A stretch of DNA of 63,985 nucleotides, filler included, from Globobulimina sp. (Eukaryota), in NCBI GenBank assembly GCA_003354225.1. It is 20 parts of 20 records of this genome, joined end to end, with 100 filler letters (N's around TTAATTAATTAA, not from the genome) between each part and the next. Parts side by side here need not be neighbours in the genome. Positions count along the whole stretch, not along the records: positions 19,239 to 22,343 come from PIVH01003715.1; positions 22,444 to 25,548 come from PIVH01003716.1; positions 25,649 to 28,753 come from PIVH01003717.1; positions 28,854 to 31,957 come from PIVH01003718.1; 16 more parts are not named here. One strand, written 5' to 3'. The notes beneath the pieces were generated by a model. The model saw only the letters and a list, made by a program, of their open reading frames with translations, ran no database searches and had not been told where the DNA came from. Shown in pieces: positions 19,441-32,057 of this stretch. The position numbers and the translations under genes are program-made. How positions within the stretch are numbered: the first letter of the stretch is position 1; every line of letters starts with the position of its first letter.

Positions 19441-21919
19441 TCATAATTTCCGTGAATGCGTCGCCAACTTATCATACTCATCGATGGTTAGCAGCAAATT
19501 CTTGATCCGGTCCTTCATTTTGCGATTCCTCGATTTTAATTTAGCGATTTTCTCGTTCAATTTCATCATTTTCCGGTGCAAAATGTCAATGTCCGCCAAA
19601 GCGCGGTCTCGGTCATCCGTAACACTCTGCAACTCCATGGTTCTGCGGTTGATTTCCTTCATTTGCGTGTTATACGAACCTAACTTCGCTTTTAGCTCCG
19701 CATTCTCCTCCGCCATCACCGCCGATTTCCTTTCTTTGCGGCCTAACTTCAAAAACATTTCGTCCATTTTCTTGGTTTTGGCGCCACATTCCTGCTCAAA
19801 GCGATTCCTTTCTTTCTCTAAACGCCGCAATTTATTCTGCGACACCACGCTGTTTTGCTCATTGTCTTTGTCCTTATTCGTCGACGAAATGACCCGCGTC
19901 AATTTCCGCTGCAAATTGCGCTTTCTTTCCTGCTCCGCCTCCAGCTCATTGCTCAGGTTTTTGATTTGCTTTTGTAAGACGGAAATCTGTCGCTGACTCT
20001 GCGCCGACTGGTCCTTGGACCTTTGCATCGCGTTGGATTTCTTGCCCTTTCCTTGCAACTTTCGGAGCTGATCTTGGATGCTTTGCTTCTCCGCCACCAG
20101 TTGCGACCCTTTGCAACGCACAGAAATTGCAACTCCAACGCACATAAAACGGAACTTAACTGATTTTTTCATACGATTTCATTTTCGAGCCTTGCTGATC
20201 GACCATGCGTTTTAATTTCCGGATTTCGTCTTTGTGGCAGTCTCTCGCCGACTTTTTGTCTTTGACCAACTTTTTGATTTCTTTCTTTTGGAATTTCACT
20301 CTGTTCAACAAACTCTCCGTTTCCTTGCTGCTCAGTTTGGTGCCTTTGGTGTACACTAAATTTACTTCAGAATCGACGCTCGAATTGTCATCGTCAGACA
20401 AATTGTGACCAAACGACCGCTTCGAGTTCGACCGCATGCCGCTGCTGCCACTGCGAGAATGTTTGCTTTTTTTCGATTTCTTGCCACTGCCAATGGTCAA
20501 CGACGATAATTGTTGGTGATGTAAGTCGGCCATTTCGCGCAAAGCAAAGCCGCCGCCGTCGCGGATATTTTCCAATTGCTTCAACAGCGTATTGTTTTCG
20601 TCGCGCATTGAGATGATTTGGCGGCTTAGCATCGCATTCAATATTTTGCGAAAGTTATTGATGCGCAGTTTGTGAGATTTGTACCTGTTTTCCCATTTGG
20701 TCATAGCTGATTGGTCCGCGCATTGATACAAATTATGTTCCATCAAATCGAGCAAATCCTCGCAGTCATCCAACCTCAGCAAGCTCTGCGAAACGGCCTT
20801 GCTTTCAATGTCGATGCCCGTCGCTGAGGAGGACGAGTTTTTGAGAGCAATGGAAAGTGGCCGCATCCGCTGATCCCGACAATAAATAGCTGTCTTGCCC
20901 CAAATTGAGACATTCTCGGATGGTCTGCTTAACTTTTTGGATATATTTGGCCTCAGAAACATCGTCGTCTTCTTTTTCTTTCTCGTCACCGATTAAAAGC
21001 GCAGCCATCGCCTCGTTGTGTTCCTGTTGCTCTTCGTCCAAAGTGCCCAAATTCGCTTTGGTGCCGCCAAAATTTGGCAGATTTAATTGTGCCGATAACG
21101 ATGCTTTGTGGCGCCGCGAAGTCAGCTGTTTGCCGTCGAAAAAAGAATAAAAATCCCTCCACTTTATTTCGTCTCCATTGCCTGTGATGGCTTCAAACAC
21201 CAATTCCATGTCATCCTCGCTGATCATATCAATGCCAGCCATCATCGAAAAGCCATGCTTCCACTCTTCCAAATCGATGCTGCCATTTCCATCAACATCC
21301 AAATCCCGAAACACTTCTTCCAACGAAAATGTCTCTTTGCTCTATGTGTAATGTGTAATGTGTTAATTATAAATATCGATCAGTGCGATTTTGCGCGCCC
21401 AAACAATGCATTTTTAACTGTCAATATATGCATAGAGCGGGAGGACACTTGTCGACGACGACGCTGCTTTTTTTCCAATTTTTGAGCTGCAATGTTGCTG
21501 CCATATATTTGTGAGCGGCCTAAGAATTTTAATAAAGCCGAGTCTAAGAATGGTAATATTAATAACGAGTTTTCTTTCTCTTGCTGTAATTGCAACGTTT
21601 TTGTAAATAAAGTATCGCCTTCCACCAAAAAAACAGCGCAGTCCTCAGACGAAGCATGCAATGCATACAGTTCATAGCTGCTATCCTTCAGTTGCACTCT
21701 TTTCCTGCTTCGCAATGCTTTCTTTCTCATTTCCTCGCCCAATTTACACAGGCTTTGCCCTTCCTTCTTTTCTATTTTCCTCACTATTTTGCTAGAGCTG
21801 CAACTGGTGTCTTGCAAACAGAGTGGCGCTGTCTCGTTGCCATTAATATTCGAATTCGCGTAGATGAAGACGGCGTGCACTATGGGCAACTCGTCCAGTT
21901 TCAGGGTCGACACTGACAT
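19441..21919 (-). CDS. EF-hand pair plus long coiled-coil protein (4 exons)
   Basis: Four ORFs join in frame through introns 21342-21418, 20870-20933 and 20109-20160. Canonical EF loop DVDGNGSIDLEE; C-terminal heptads. Confidence 0.85.
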
Positions 21920-22443
21920 GCTTCAACACTGCAGCTGTTAACTGTTTTTTTGTTTTTTTTTTAGTAAAGAAGACTGCTTCATTTTGCATACATATTCCAG
22001 AGCTTAGTTAATTTTCAAACAAAAATTGTTATCAAATTAAATGTTAATTTATTAGAAACACCAAAAAACAATTACAAAAAATATAAAAATCGAATATCAA
22101 TAGAAATGATAACCATATCAAAAACAACAAATATTTAAAAATGTTCAGGCAAAAAACAGGACAAAAATGCATCAATACTTAATTAATTGCATGAATATAG
22201 AAACGTTTTTAATGTAAAATTAAACATATGGTATTCCTTAAGTTTAGTAAGGGATGGCTAAGTAAGTAAGTAAGAACTTAGATTAAGAATAATACAAAGA
22301 GGTTTTCAGTTATAGGGGGGTATCATATGTCAATATACCACATNNNNNNNNNNNNNNNNNNNNNNNNNNNNNNNNNNNNNNNNNNNNTTAATTAATTAAN
22401 NNNNNNNNNNNNNNNNNNNNNNNNNNNNNNNNNNNNNNNNNNN

Positions 22444-25420
22444 GCAATATCGTCTTTGTATCACTGCAAAATGTCTGCGGACGAATTGTTGATGCTACAC
22501 TCGACTGCTTTGGGCGAGGTGTTATCGGAGGAAGGTATTTTACACATTTTGTTTGCATATTTTATCCATTTTGTATCGGTTAACAAAGGTATTACGCCAA
22601 CGCAGTTAGTTTCATCTACGCAGCCAAGTCCAGCAAAGTCCAAATCGATTAATAATGGGTCATTTTTGAAACAAAAAGGAGATAAAACGGTGGTTCAGGT
22701 ATTGGATTTATTGAAGAAATCGAGAGCTGAATCGAAGGAAAATGCGCATCACATTGAAATTGATGGTATGGACATAGAGTCCAATCAAATTAAAAGTGAT
22801 TCACCGATGAAATTCGAAAAGATTACAAAGGAAAACGAGCAGATAACAGAGACAGAGAAGGAGCAAAAGGATGATATATTTTCAGTGTTGCAGCCATATC
22901 GTTGCAATTTGGATTATTTGCAGGATCATTTTGAAGTCATTGGCTTGAAATTTCGGCTGAATTCCGGAAGGAATGATTATATGGACAATGATTATTATAA
23001 CGATGCTTTTGCGCAACAAAGGAAGCAAAGGAAACAAAGTTCGAAAAGAGAGTTGACATCGAAACTAAACCAAGCGATGAAGAAATGTGAGCTGCGATTG
23101 GAAGCCAGTTACAATATTCAAAAAGAGGAGAAAAAAGATGGTGGCGAGGAAAAGGGAGACAAGCAGGGAACAATATGGTTGCCGAGGGTTGAAATATTGA
23201 AACGTGAGCTTGGTTTGGATGAATTTGAAAAATGGGTCTTATTGACTCTTGTCGGCAAAGTATTGAGTGCTGAAATACGAAAACAAATGCGATATAATGC
23301 GAGGTTTGTTTCATTGCATTGCAAATGAATACAGTTTGCGTTATTTTGTTATAGCATCGATCTGTTAATGTTTGCATTTTGTAGATTAATCACAGTGGAA
23401 GTATTACTATCGTTGCATTGCGCGGATTTGAAGGAACAAATTGCAAAAAGGAAATATTTCTACAAAGGCGCTACTTTACTAAAGGTACATTTAACTGTTT
23501 CTATGACCCACATCACATATATCCAACATTAAAATGCAAGGAAGGGATAATTACCATGAATGAAGGTGGCATAGATACCAATATCATGACCACTGTGCTC
23601 GATATCGACCGCCGAATGGTCGATTACTGCGTGGAATTAGACACCGAGTTTGAATCATTGGTGGAAGGCTCCATTCTATTCACACCCACAGTGACTTTGG
23701 ACCGTGTCGTATTGCCGCAGCAAACCAAGGAGAAAATCATTCGTCGCGTCGAGAATCTGGATGAACTCCAAAAAGCACAATCAAAGTATGGCCTGCAGCA
23801 GGAACACGGCTATGGCGATGGTCTATGTTTGCTGTTCCATGGCATGTCTGGTACCGGCAAGACATTGATGGCCAATGCCATTGCAAACCATCTCGGAAAG
23901 AAGATATTGTTGGCAAACTTCCCAACACTGCGGATAGCGCATGCCAGCCACAAGACTGATAACGGAGTGCGCGACACCTTTCGTTACGTGTTCCGCGAAG
24001 CAAAAATCCAAAATGCAATCGTATTCTTTGATGAATGCGAGTCACTGTTCCAAACACGACAGGTTAAATCGGCAATGTCTGAGGTAAACACTGCATTGTC
24101 GTGTATTGAGCAGTACGATGATTTGGTAATTATGGCTACAAACAGGCCGTATGATTTAGGTATATACGTATTTTTCTTTTTTGTTTCTGACATAGATGTG
24201 TTTATAACGTTGCGGCGAATGGTTCTGTACATAGATGAAGCAATGTATCGCAGAATTCATATGGTTGTCGAGTTTCGCGCGCCGGACATTCATTTGAGGA
24301 AAGAAATTTGGCAGAAACATATGCCGCAGTCATTGCCGCTGACACAGGATGTGGATGTCGCAGAGTTGGCAATGAAATTCGAACTCACGGGAGGTTTTAT
24401 CAAAAATGCAGTGCAGTCTGCCATACAGTCGGCGTTGTTAAGGGATAAGGATAATATTGAAATATCGCATGACGATTTGTTGAGAGCCTGTGAGGAACAA
24501 ATAATTGGACAGTTGCAGTTGCAGGGATTTGGCAATGATGAACGCGTACTGCCAACCATAAAATTATCAAGTTTGTGTCTGCAGGATTCGATGAGGAAGC
24601 AATGTAATGAGATTATCAATTTATTGAAAGCAAAAAAAGTATTAAGGTACGGTAGTTTATATATGTATATATATTGTTGGTATGATGTGTATATTTTTAA
24701 TGATTATGAAGTGGTTCGTGGGGATTCAAGGAGATTGGAACGAGAATATTATTAATTGGAAAGGCAGGATGTGGTAAATCGTCCGTTGCGGAAGCAATTG
24801 CATTCGAATGTGGCAAACCAATGAAAGTATTGAGCTGCGCAACAATGTTGGTTTCGAGCGGTTCGTCAATGACTCGAATGCATGCAACCAATCATTATTT
24901 GTCATGGAGTAAAATATTTAGTGAAACCAATACCGGCGCTTTGTTTGTAGTGAGAAATTGTGAGTTGCTGTTCAATCAAATGGTGAATTTAGCCACTTTG
25001 GGATATATTATACATCAGTTAAAAAGAGCAAAATCTACCTTTTTTTTTATATTTGATGGGGAGTTAAAATTTGGTGATATTCAACATTTAAATGCATTGC
25101 AAAAAGGATTGTTGCATTTATTTCAATTTGTGATTCGGTTTGAAAAGCCTGCGCATAAAATGAGGATATTATTGTGGAAAAAATTAATTCCAAAGCAAAC
25201 GCCAAATGATTTGGAAGAGAAAGATTTCACGCAATTGGCACAAACTTATAATGATTTTGTTCAATCGGATATAATATCGAGCATTCATATGGCTGCGGCA
25301 AAAGCTTGTCTTCGCAATCAAGATTTATGTTTTTTAACAATAAAAGATTTGATGAATGCTGCAAATCAGATTCAACAAAAAAGATTAACTCAAGATTTTA
25401 ATGGTATTATGTATACTTAA
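22444..25420 (+). CDS. Tandem AAA+ ATPase with degenerate last domain; 5'-partial
   Basis: Introns 23304-23384, 23485-23540, 24160-24234 and 24647-24711 give one frame. Walker A GMSGTGKT, Walker B VFFDE, SRH ATNRPYDLDEAMYRRI. The second Walker A is GKAGCGKS, with a non-acidic Walker B (FVVRNCE). Confidence 0.9.
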
Positions 25421-25805
25421 CTACGCTTGATATCTTTTATTAATTCATGTAATTCAAAATCTTGCGCTTAGTTTAAAAACGGTTTTGTCCAGAAACGGTT
25501 CAAATAACCGATCCTCAAATAAGTGAGTGTTTCTGAGCAAAACGATTANNNNNNNNNNNNNNNNNNNNNNNNNNNNNNNNNNNNNNNNNNNNTTAATTAA
25601 TTAANNNNNNNNNNNNNNNNNNNNNNNNNNNNNNNNNNNNNNNNNNNNATTTATTTATACTGTACATCTGATTACATCTGCAATAATAAAAAGTAAACAC
25701 ATAAATTATATCATATACAAACATATGTTGCAAGATATATCCATTTATAACATTAATATCTAATTCATATGTTACTAATTAAGGTTTTTATATATATTAA
25801 TTGCA

Positions 25806-26483
25806 TTGTTTATTATCTTCCAATTAATATATATTACAATGGTTGAGCTGTTTTATAATAAGATAATAAGCCTTGATTTTTATTCCAATTATGCCCCGAT
25901 TGCGATTTCAATGACAGAATTAATTGACTTAATAATCAGCGTCAAATTAGTATATATGTTTGTTCATCGATTATTTGCATTATTTAAAATGAATAAAAGT
26001 AATCGAATACAAAAATCTATATTGGACACAGTGACTCAATATACCATACTCTCATCAATTGCAATTATATCAAGTCAAGTCTTTTTAATTTCGAGTGTGA
26101 ATAATTCATATTCATTTAGAGCAGCAAATGGATCATATTATCATATCAGTTATGCAATTTATAGTGTCTTAATGGCCATTGATGCTGTCATTAATTCAAT
26201 TTGTATTTTCCTCAATTTTAGATTCAGCCATATTTGGTATTTGTCAATTTGCTGTTTGTGTGATGATTGTTGTCATGCGATTTGTAAAAAATATGCAACA
26301 ACGAAAATTAAAACAAACACAATCAAACAATTTGAAAGAAATAAAAATCTACAATTTCTCATCAACAAACACAAACATGCTCGCATTCAATCTATTTCTG
26401 GCTCAAAATCCATACCATATCAATCACCGTTCATAAGTGATAATGCGACCAACGAATTCAAGATAAATGTGGATATTCTGTAA
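25806..26483 (+). CDS. C-terminal part of a 7TM/GPCR-like protein
   Basis: Several hydrophobic helices ending IDAVINSICIFLNF..WYLSICCLC, the same pattern as 38742-39845. Confidence 0.6.
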   Translation: MFIIFQLIYITMVELFYNKIISLDFYSNYAPIAISMTELIDLIISVKLVYMFVHRLFALFKMNKSNRIQKSILDTVTQYTILSSIAIISSQVFLISSVNNSYSFRAANGSYYHISYAIYSVLMAIDAVINSICIFLNFRFSHIWYLSICCLCDDCCHAICKKYATTKIKTNTIKQFERNKNLQFLINKHKHARIQSISGSKSIPYQSPFISDNATNEFKINVDIL

Positions 26484-26651
26484 TAAACGTATATGTATTT
26501 GTAAGTTGCAATTGTTGTATTGTGTTTTTATAATAAACGTTTCCGTTTGCTCATCTGCGTAAATAGCCGGATTTTTAAACCGTTTCGAGAGAAAAAGAGT
26601 TTTCTAATTTTTATTAAACTCACATCCTCATTTTTTCTTTTGACTGTCTGC

Positions 26652-28753
26652 ATGTCAGCGAGTGTTGCTGATCCCCGTCTTCAGGTACTAGTATACCAAA
26701 CCACATTTACTGATTTACCTCATCAAAACACAAACAACAAATAAGAATTGGTTCGTCAATTCGAGCTATGACAATGACCAATTAACCTACAATTCCTACA
26801 CCCAACCAACCACCAATCCACACCATAACAACATGTACACTCACACTCATAACAACGCCGATACCAACACCATTCAAATAATGCCTACCACTCATCCAAC
26901 CCCAAATCAATTGTTTGGGACCTCAATATTTGGTGATACGCCCGACTACAACACCATATCATTGAGTCATCACAGCCACAGCCATAGTCATAGTCATACA
27001 CCAACACCAACCTTACCGCATATACAAATAAAATTAAACCCCGCGAATACAGATAACAATATTAAACATCTTCTAACCACGCTATCCTATGCTATACAAG
27101 AAATGAATCAATATCTCGATCTACAACAAAATAATCCATCATGTAAAGCAATTACTGCCAAAACAACAAATTGTAGAAAGTTCCGAATATGCGCTCCATT
27201 TTACTAATATTTTTTCTCTATGATATCCGTTTGTATACAGTGAGATGGTATCGACATTAAGTTATTATCAAACATATATTGAAAGCAACTTAAATGCGCA
27301 ACCTTTATCACCCACACATTGCCCCTCACCATCACCAACACCGCCACCCACACAAACAGAAAAGGCACCATATTCTCCACTCAATCAGGTATTGCATGTA
27401 CCCTACACATAATATACAACAACAAAAACACCAAAAAGGGTCTTGAATTCCGTCGCATGGCATATGGCAATAACTCCAACCAATCCATACCACAAATACA
27501 TGTATCTGATGCAAAATTAATTGCATTGGATGTTGTGGGTCACATAATTGGCACTCCTGGACCTATCACCATCGACGATACACAGAATCATATACAGATA
27601 GAGACCCATGCCCATCCTGCTGCTGCTGCACCTACTCATTTATCACCGTATCAAGTAAACCCAGCCACCAGTCCAATCATCGCAAATTCGCATACAAACC
27701 ATGAGGCAAAACACCATGAAAATATGTCCACATTAAATGCCTACGCTCAACCATACCTAACACCGTATAATAACACACAGGTAATGTCACGTCAAAATTG
27801 CCTATCCCAAACGGAAAAAATAAAAATATATACAGGCTATGCCTATGCCTATGCAAGAAGCAGCGATGTGCGCCACAGACACATTTGTAGTGCATCCCAC
27901 AGCCAATATTGATACAGAAACCACGGCACCCACTCCGTATATATGCCCCTCCGCACAAATGACCCAAGACACCGCCATCCAACAATATTACAGCACACTC
28001 ACAGCGCAGCAACGCGCCGCCAAACCAACTCCCTGCAATCCATCGATACCGACACCGCAAAATCGCATGGATTGCGACATAAACAAAGAAATTGAGGTTT
28101 TGACCGATAACGATGACATGGCTAAATCCAACAGCATCACCACGGACAATAACGACAAAGAAGATGAGTCACAGCATGTTACCCATGATATCATCCATGG
28201 CGATAATTGTGACACATCCAACCACACCAAAATAAATCACAACCAATCGCCCAAAAATAATACGAAAAAAAGCATGCCCAAAGCCGCCAAACCACCGTTG
28301 TGGTCAGCCATTGCCAAACAAATTAAAATTAAACCACCAATACAGAGCTCGCACGACGAAAAATCTCCGGAGAGCACGGGTACCGGTCACAGATTTAATA
28401 ATAATGGCTCTGTATCTTATTGCCACAGCCATCCACGGAACAGAAATTATAATGGATCTGTGTCATCAGCATCGATATCATCCAAATCCTCCAATAACAA
28501 TAACACGATATCTCCGTCGCCATCACCGCCAAACAATAATAAACATGGTTTAAGGCGAAATGCTAAGGAAAGATGTCGAGTGTTTGTGAGCAATTTACCG
28601 CCAAATGTAACCGATCAGGATACACGAAATGCGTTTGCGCACTGTGGGGATATTGCCAATACGGTCTGGTTTCCCTCGAGGACTGATGGCAAATTTTATG
28701 GTTCGGGTTTGATCACTTTTTGTGATGGATTTGGGAGTCGGTGCGCATTGCGA
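26652..28753 (+). CDS. Low-complexity protein with an RRM domain; 3'-truncated
   Basis: Introns 26685-26745, 27180-27240, 27389-27438 and 27781-27835 join the ORFs in frame. RNP2 VFVSNLP and RNP1-like YGSGLITF. Confidence 0.8.
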
Positions 28754-28853
28754 NNNNNNNNNNNNNNNNNNNNNNNNNNNNNNNNNNNNNNNNNNNNTTA
28801 ATTAATTAANNNNNNNNNNNNNNNNNNNNNNNNNNNNNNNNNNNNNNNNNNNN

Positions 28854-29545
28854 GCGACCCTCTGATATTTGCTGTTATTAATTCAGGCATTTTTAATAGC
28901 TTTTTATCAATCGACTTTTTTCAAACAGCTTTTTGTACTCAACCACATTTTACGACGTCACAAAACCAATTAATAGCAACATCGTGTTATTCGAATCGCA
29001 AAAATAGCTTTGGTTTAACATTAGCATCATTTGGATGTCTTATATCAGTGGGAAATTGGATATTATTTATATGTTTAACTGATAAACACCAAAAATATCC
29101 GGATTTATATTATTCTTTACATTGGACAATTTCAATTGGTTTATACTTAATATTTTCAATCATTTTAGAAATATATCATTTTCTTATGGTTTATGCGAAT
29201 GCGTTTTTAATGATTTCAGCTGTGAGTGGCGGCATATATGGATTTGTTGGAGTTATCTCACGGCCAACCTTCCGTTTATTGCATTGTATTAACCGATATT
29301 TAATATGTATTATTTGGTTAATATTCGGATATAAATATAATATCAAATTTTTTTGCGTTCTGTACCCAGTAACTATTTGTATTTGGTACATTGGCTCTTT
29401 TTTGCAGCGATCAGGGAATAGACCTACACCCAAAGGAATACTACGGAAACTGTGGAGGAAATATGTTGAATTCCTCTATCAAAAAGCATGTAATAAACAA
29501 AGGTCACTAAATTCAAAATTCAAACCACCAGATGTTGCATGGTAA
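28854..29545 (+). CDS. Multi-pass membrane protein, C-terminal fragment
   Basis: Hydrophobic ORF open towards the contig start; no family recognised. Confidence 0.5.
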
Positions 29546-29732
29546 AATATCAAATATATCATAGGCATTGTTTTATTTTTTTGTACATGTTATCTTTTGG
29601 AATATATCGTTGAACGATATATTAGCTAATCAGTCTGCAATTCGTTCATCTAGCTCTAGTTATCTCTAGTTATCTCATTGGATGTACATGTTTCTTGCGA
29701 GACTGAATTTTCCTTTAAAAAAAAGATGTATG

Positions 29733-31067
29733 TCATTCATGAATATCATTGTTATTATTACAAACAACTAAAAGAGTAGCATGATGGACAGGTATTACTC
29801 TTACAATATATTGATTTGATTTCAAATCAGCTATATTATGATTATTTTTGTTCCATTCAAATTTAACAGCACCAAAGGCAATCAATTCATTATCAATGGA
29901 ATAGATAACAGAATGATTGTTTCCACACCAACCATTTTTAACATATTTCTGATATAAATGAGGATTTGGATATAATATATCTTTGGATTCATTTGCTTTA
30001 TAATTGCATTGTCCATTTGAGTTTGAGCCAAATAAAAAACAGCGATGGTCAAATAATACAAGCAAGCAATGTCTTGAACCACATCGTATATATTTTACAT
30101 TCATTAATTTATAATTAAAAAATGGATGGAGCAAAGGTGTAAATATATCGTTATTATGCGATAGGCCAAGATATCCGGCACTGTTATCCCCAAAACACCA
30201 TATTTTATATTTTCTATCTAAACAAATATTGAACGAAGTTCCACAACAAATGTCAACAATGTTTTTCAATTTGTGGATAATGGTTGGAATTGAGACGATA
30301 TCACAGCTGCGATCCAAACCACATTGACCGCTTAAATTATTGCCCAAACTATAAACTCTTCCATTTTCACATAAAAACAACGAATAATCTCCACCACATT
30401 CAATTTTTCTTATTTTTCTTTTCATCTTTTGATAGAAAAAGTTATTTAATGAGTCTATTAGAACGGGGGCATTATAATTACTTTGCGATGTTTCTGTTGC
30501 TATAATTCCTAATTCGCCGTAGAAATTTGTTCCAAATCCCAAAATTAAGCCACCTTTTTCTATTACAAAGGTATGGTTGGTGCATATTCCATTGCTGACC
30601 ATATCGATATCCTTGAAATTAGTTTTAATTTTCGTACAATATTTTATAAACTGGGTGTAAGGAGAACCAATTCCTAGACTCCCTTTATAATTTAAACCAA
30701 TTCCATAGATTTCATTGTCTTGCGTTTGAATAAAATATTTTTGTAATCCATAATATATATTTGAGGCATGTTTACTGCATAATTTCGATAATTCATTCAA
30801 TGGTTCAACTGATGTTGATTGCACGCGATATATTTTATAAGTTGATGAAGATGGGTAATATGATATGATTAGTTCAATAATCACATCTGGAATGAGTACC
30901 TTCTTTATTTCTTTCGTAATTGAAAGCAATAGCAATGGAATATATTGTTTGATTGAGACACTGTATGATGCTTCGACCACAAAATCATCATACTTTGCAG
31001 TATGCGCGTTTTTGATGAGATATTGTTTCTCTTCCTGTGTGTCTGAGATTGTGTGTTTTTGACCCAT
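29733..31067 (-). CDS. RCC1/BLIP-II repeat protein
   Basis: Repeated GxNxxGxLG...I.CG..H/FS blades. The MG start could be a myristoylation site. Confidence 0.9.
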   Translation of the reverse strand: MGQKHTISDTQEEKQYLIKNAHTAKYDDFVVEASYSVSIKQYIPLLLLSITKEIKKVLIPDVIIELIISYYPSSSTYKIYRVQSTSVEPLNELSKLCSKHASNIYYGLQKYFIQTQDNEIYGIGLNYKGSLGIGSPYTQFIKYCTKIKTNFKDIDMVSNGICTNHTFVIEKGGLILGFGTNFYGELGIIATETSQSNYNAPVLIDSLNNFFYQKMKRKIRKIECGGDYSLFLCENGRVYSLGNNLSGQCGLDRSCDIVSIPTIIHKLKNIVDICCGTSFNICLDRKYKIWCFGDNSAGYLGLSHNNDIFTPLLHPFFNYKLMNVKYIRCGSRHCLLVLFDHRCFLFGSNSNGQCNYKANESKDILYPNPHLYQKYVKNGWCGNNHSVIYSIDNELIAFGAVKFEWNKNNHNIADLKSNQYIVRVIPVHHATLLVVCNNNNDIHE

Positions 31068-31127
31068 GATGTTTTTTAGTTTAGTTTCAGTGTCAAAAAC
31101 CTGAGGTTAACTTAGTAAATAAAATTA

Positions 31128-31957
31128 ATGCGGCTTTTAGGCTTAATATTGCTGTGTTGCTTGTCGTCCGTCTTGCAATTGGTTTATAGCACTAGTGTCG
31201 ATGACGAATTGGATGGCATCAGACAGGGAAAAATCGTCAACGGGATTGCTACATCGGCAACAAATTATCCATTCATCGCATCTTTAATTCAACACAATTC
31301 AGAATCCGGCACATCATCGAATTCCTTTTGTGGTGGATCATTGTTACGTAAATCGTATCCGGCAGCAATAATAACAGCTGCTCATTGTTTAGCCAATATT
31401 GGGGACGCTGGTGCATTGCAAGTGGATTTACATCGGTCGGATGTTGACGCACCGTATTCCTCGGCAAACAACTATGCACGATACAATTCTTTGGCATATG
31501 TTGTTCATCATAATTATGATCATACCACCATTGATAATGATGTAGCTTTAATATTTGTGGACGCAGATTTGTCGAAACACTCTCATTTGGTAACTGTAGA
31601 CATTCCTGATTTAAGTAGTCATGCATTAGAGTGTTGCACTAGCAATGACCAATTAAATGTCATTGGATATGGATATGAGTCAGAACTTGGTCCTATAACA
31701 GATACTTTGCAATATAGCAAGAAACGATTTGTGAATCGCAATGCTTGCAATCGGTTGTTAACTGAGTATACAATAAATACATATTATGAGGGCGCCATTG
31801 AATATACAGCCAATACAGAATGGGTTTGGAACTGGGTCACAAATAACATGATTTGTGCCATGGGCGACAATACGGATTCATGTCAAGGTGATAGTGGCGG
31901 CCCATTAGTAGTCAATACTAACCAAGGCTGGCAGCAAATAGGTGTTGTAAGCTATGG
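31128..31957 (+). CDS. Secreted trypsin-family (S1) serine protease; 3'-truncated
   Basis: Signal peptide, K|IVNG activation site, TAAHC, DNDVAL and DSCQGDSGGP. Confidence 0.95.
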
Positions 31958-32057
31958 NNNNNNNNNNNNNNNNNNNNNNNNNNNNNNNNNNNNNNNNNNN
32001 NTTAATTAATTAANNNNNNNNNNNNNNNNNNNNNNNNNNNNNNNNNNNNNNNNNNNN

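Noticed and set aside
19441..21919. Programmed frameshifts between the four staggered ORFs
   Set aside because: Three GT-AG introns (77, 64 and 52 nt) restore one frame.
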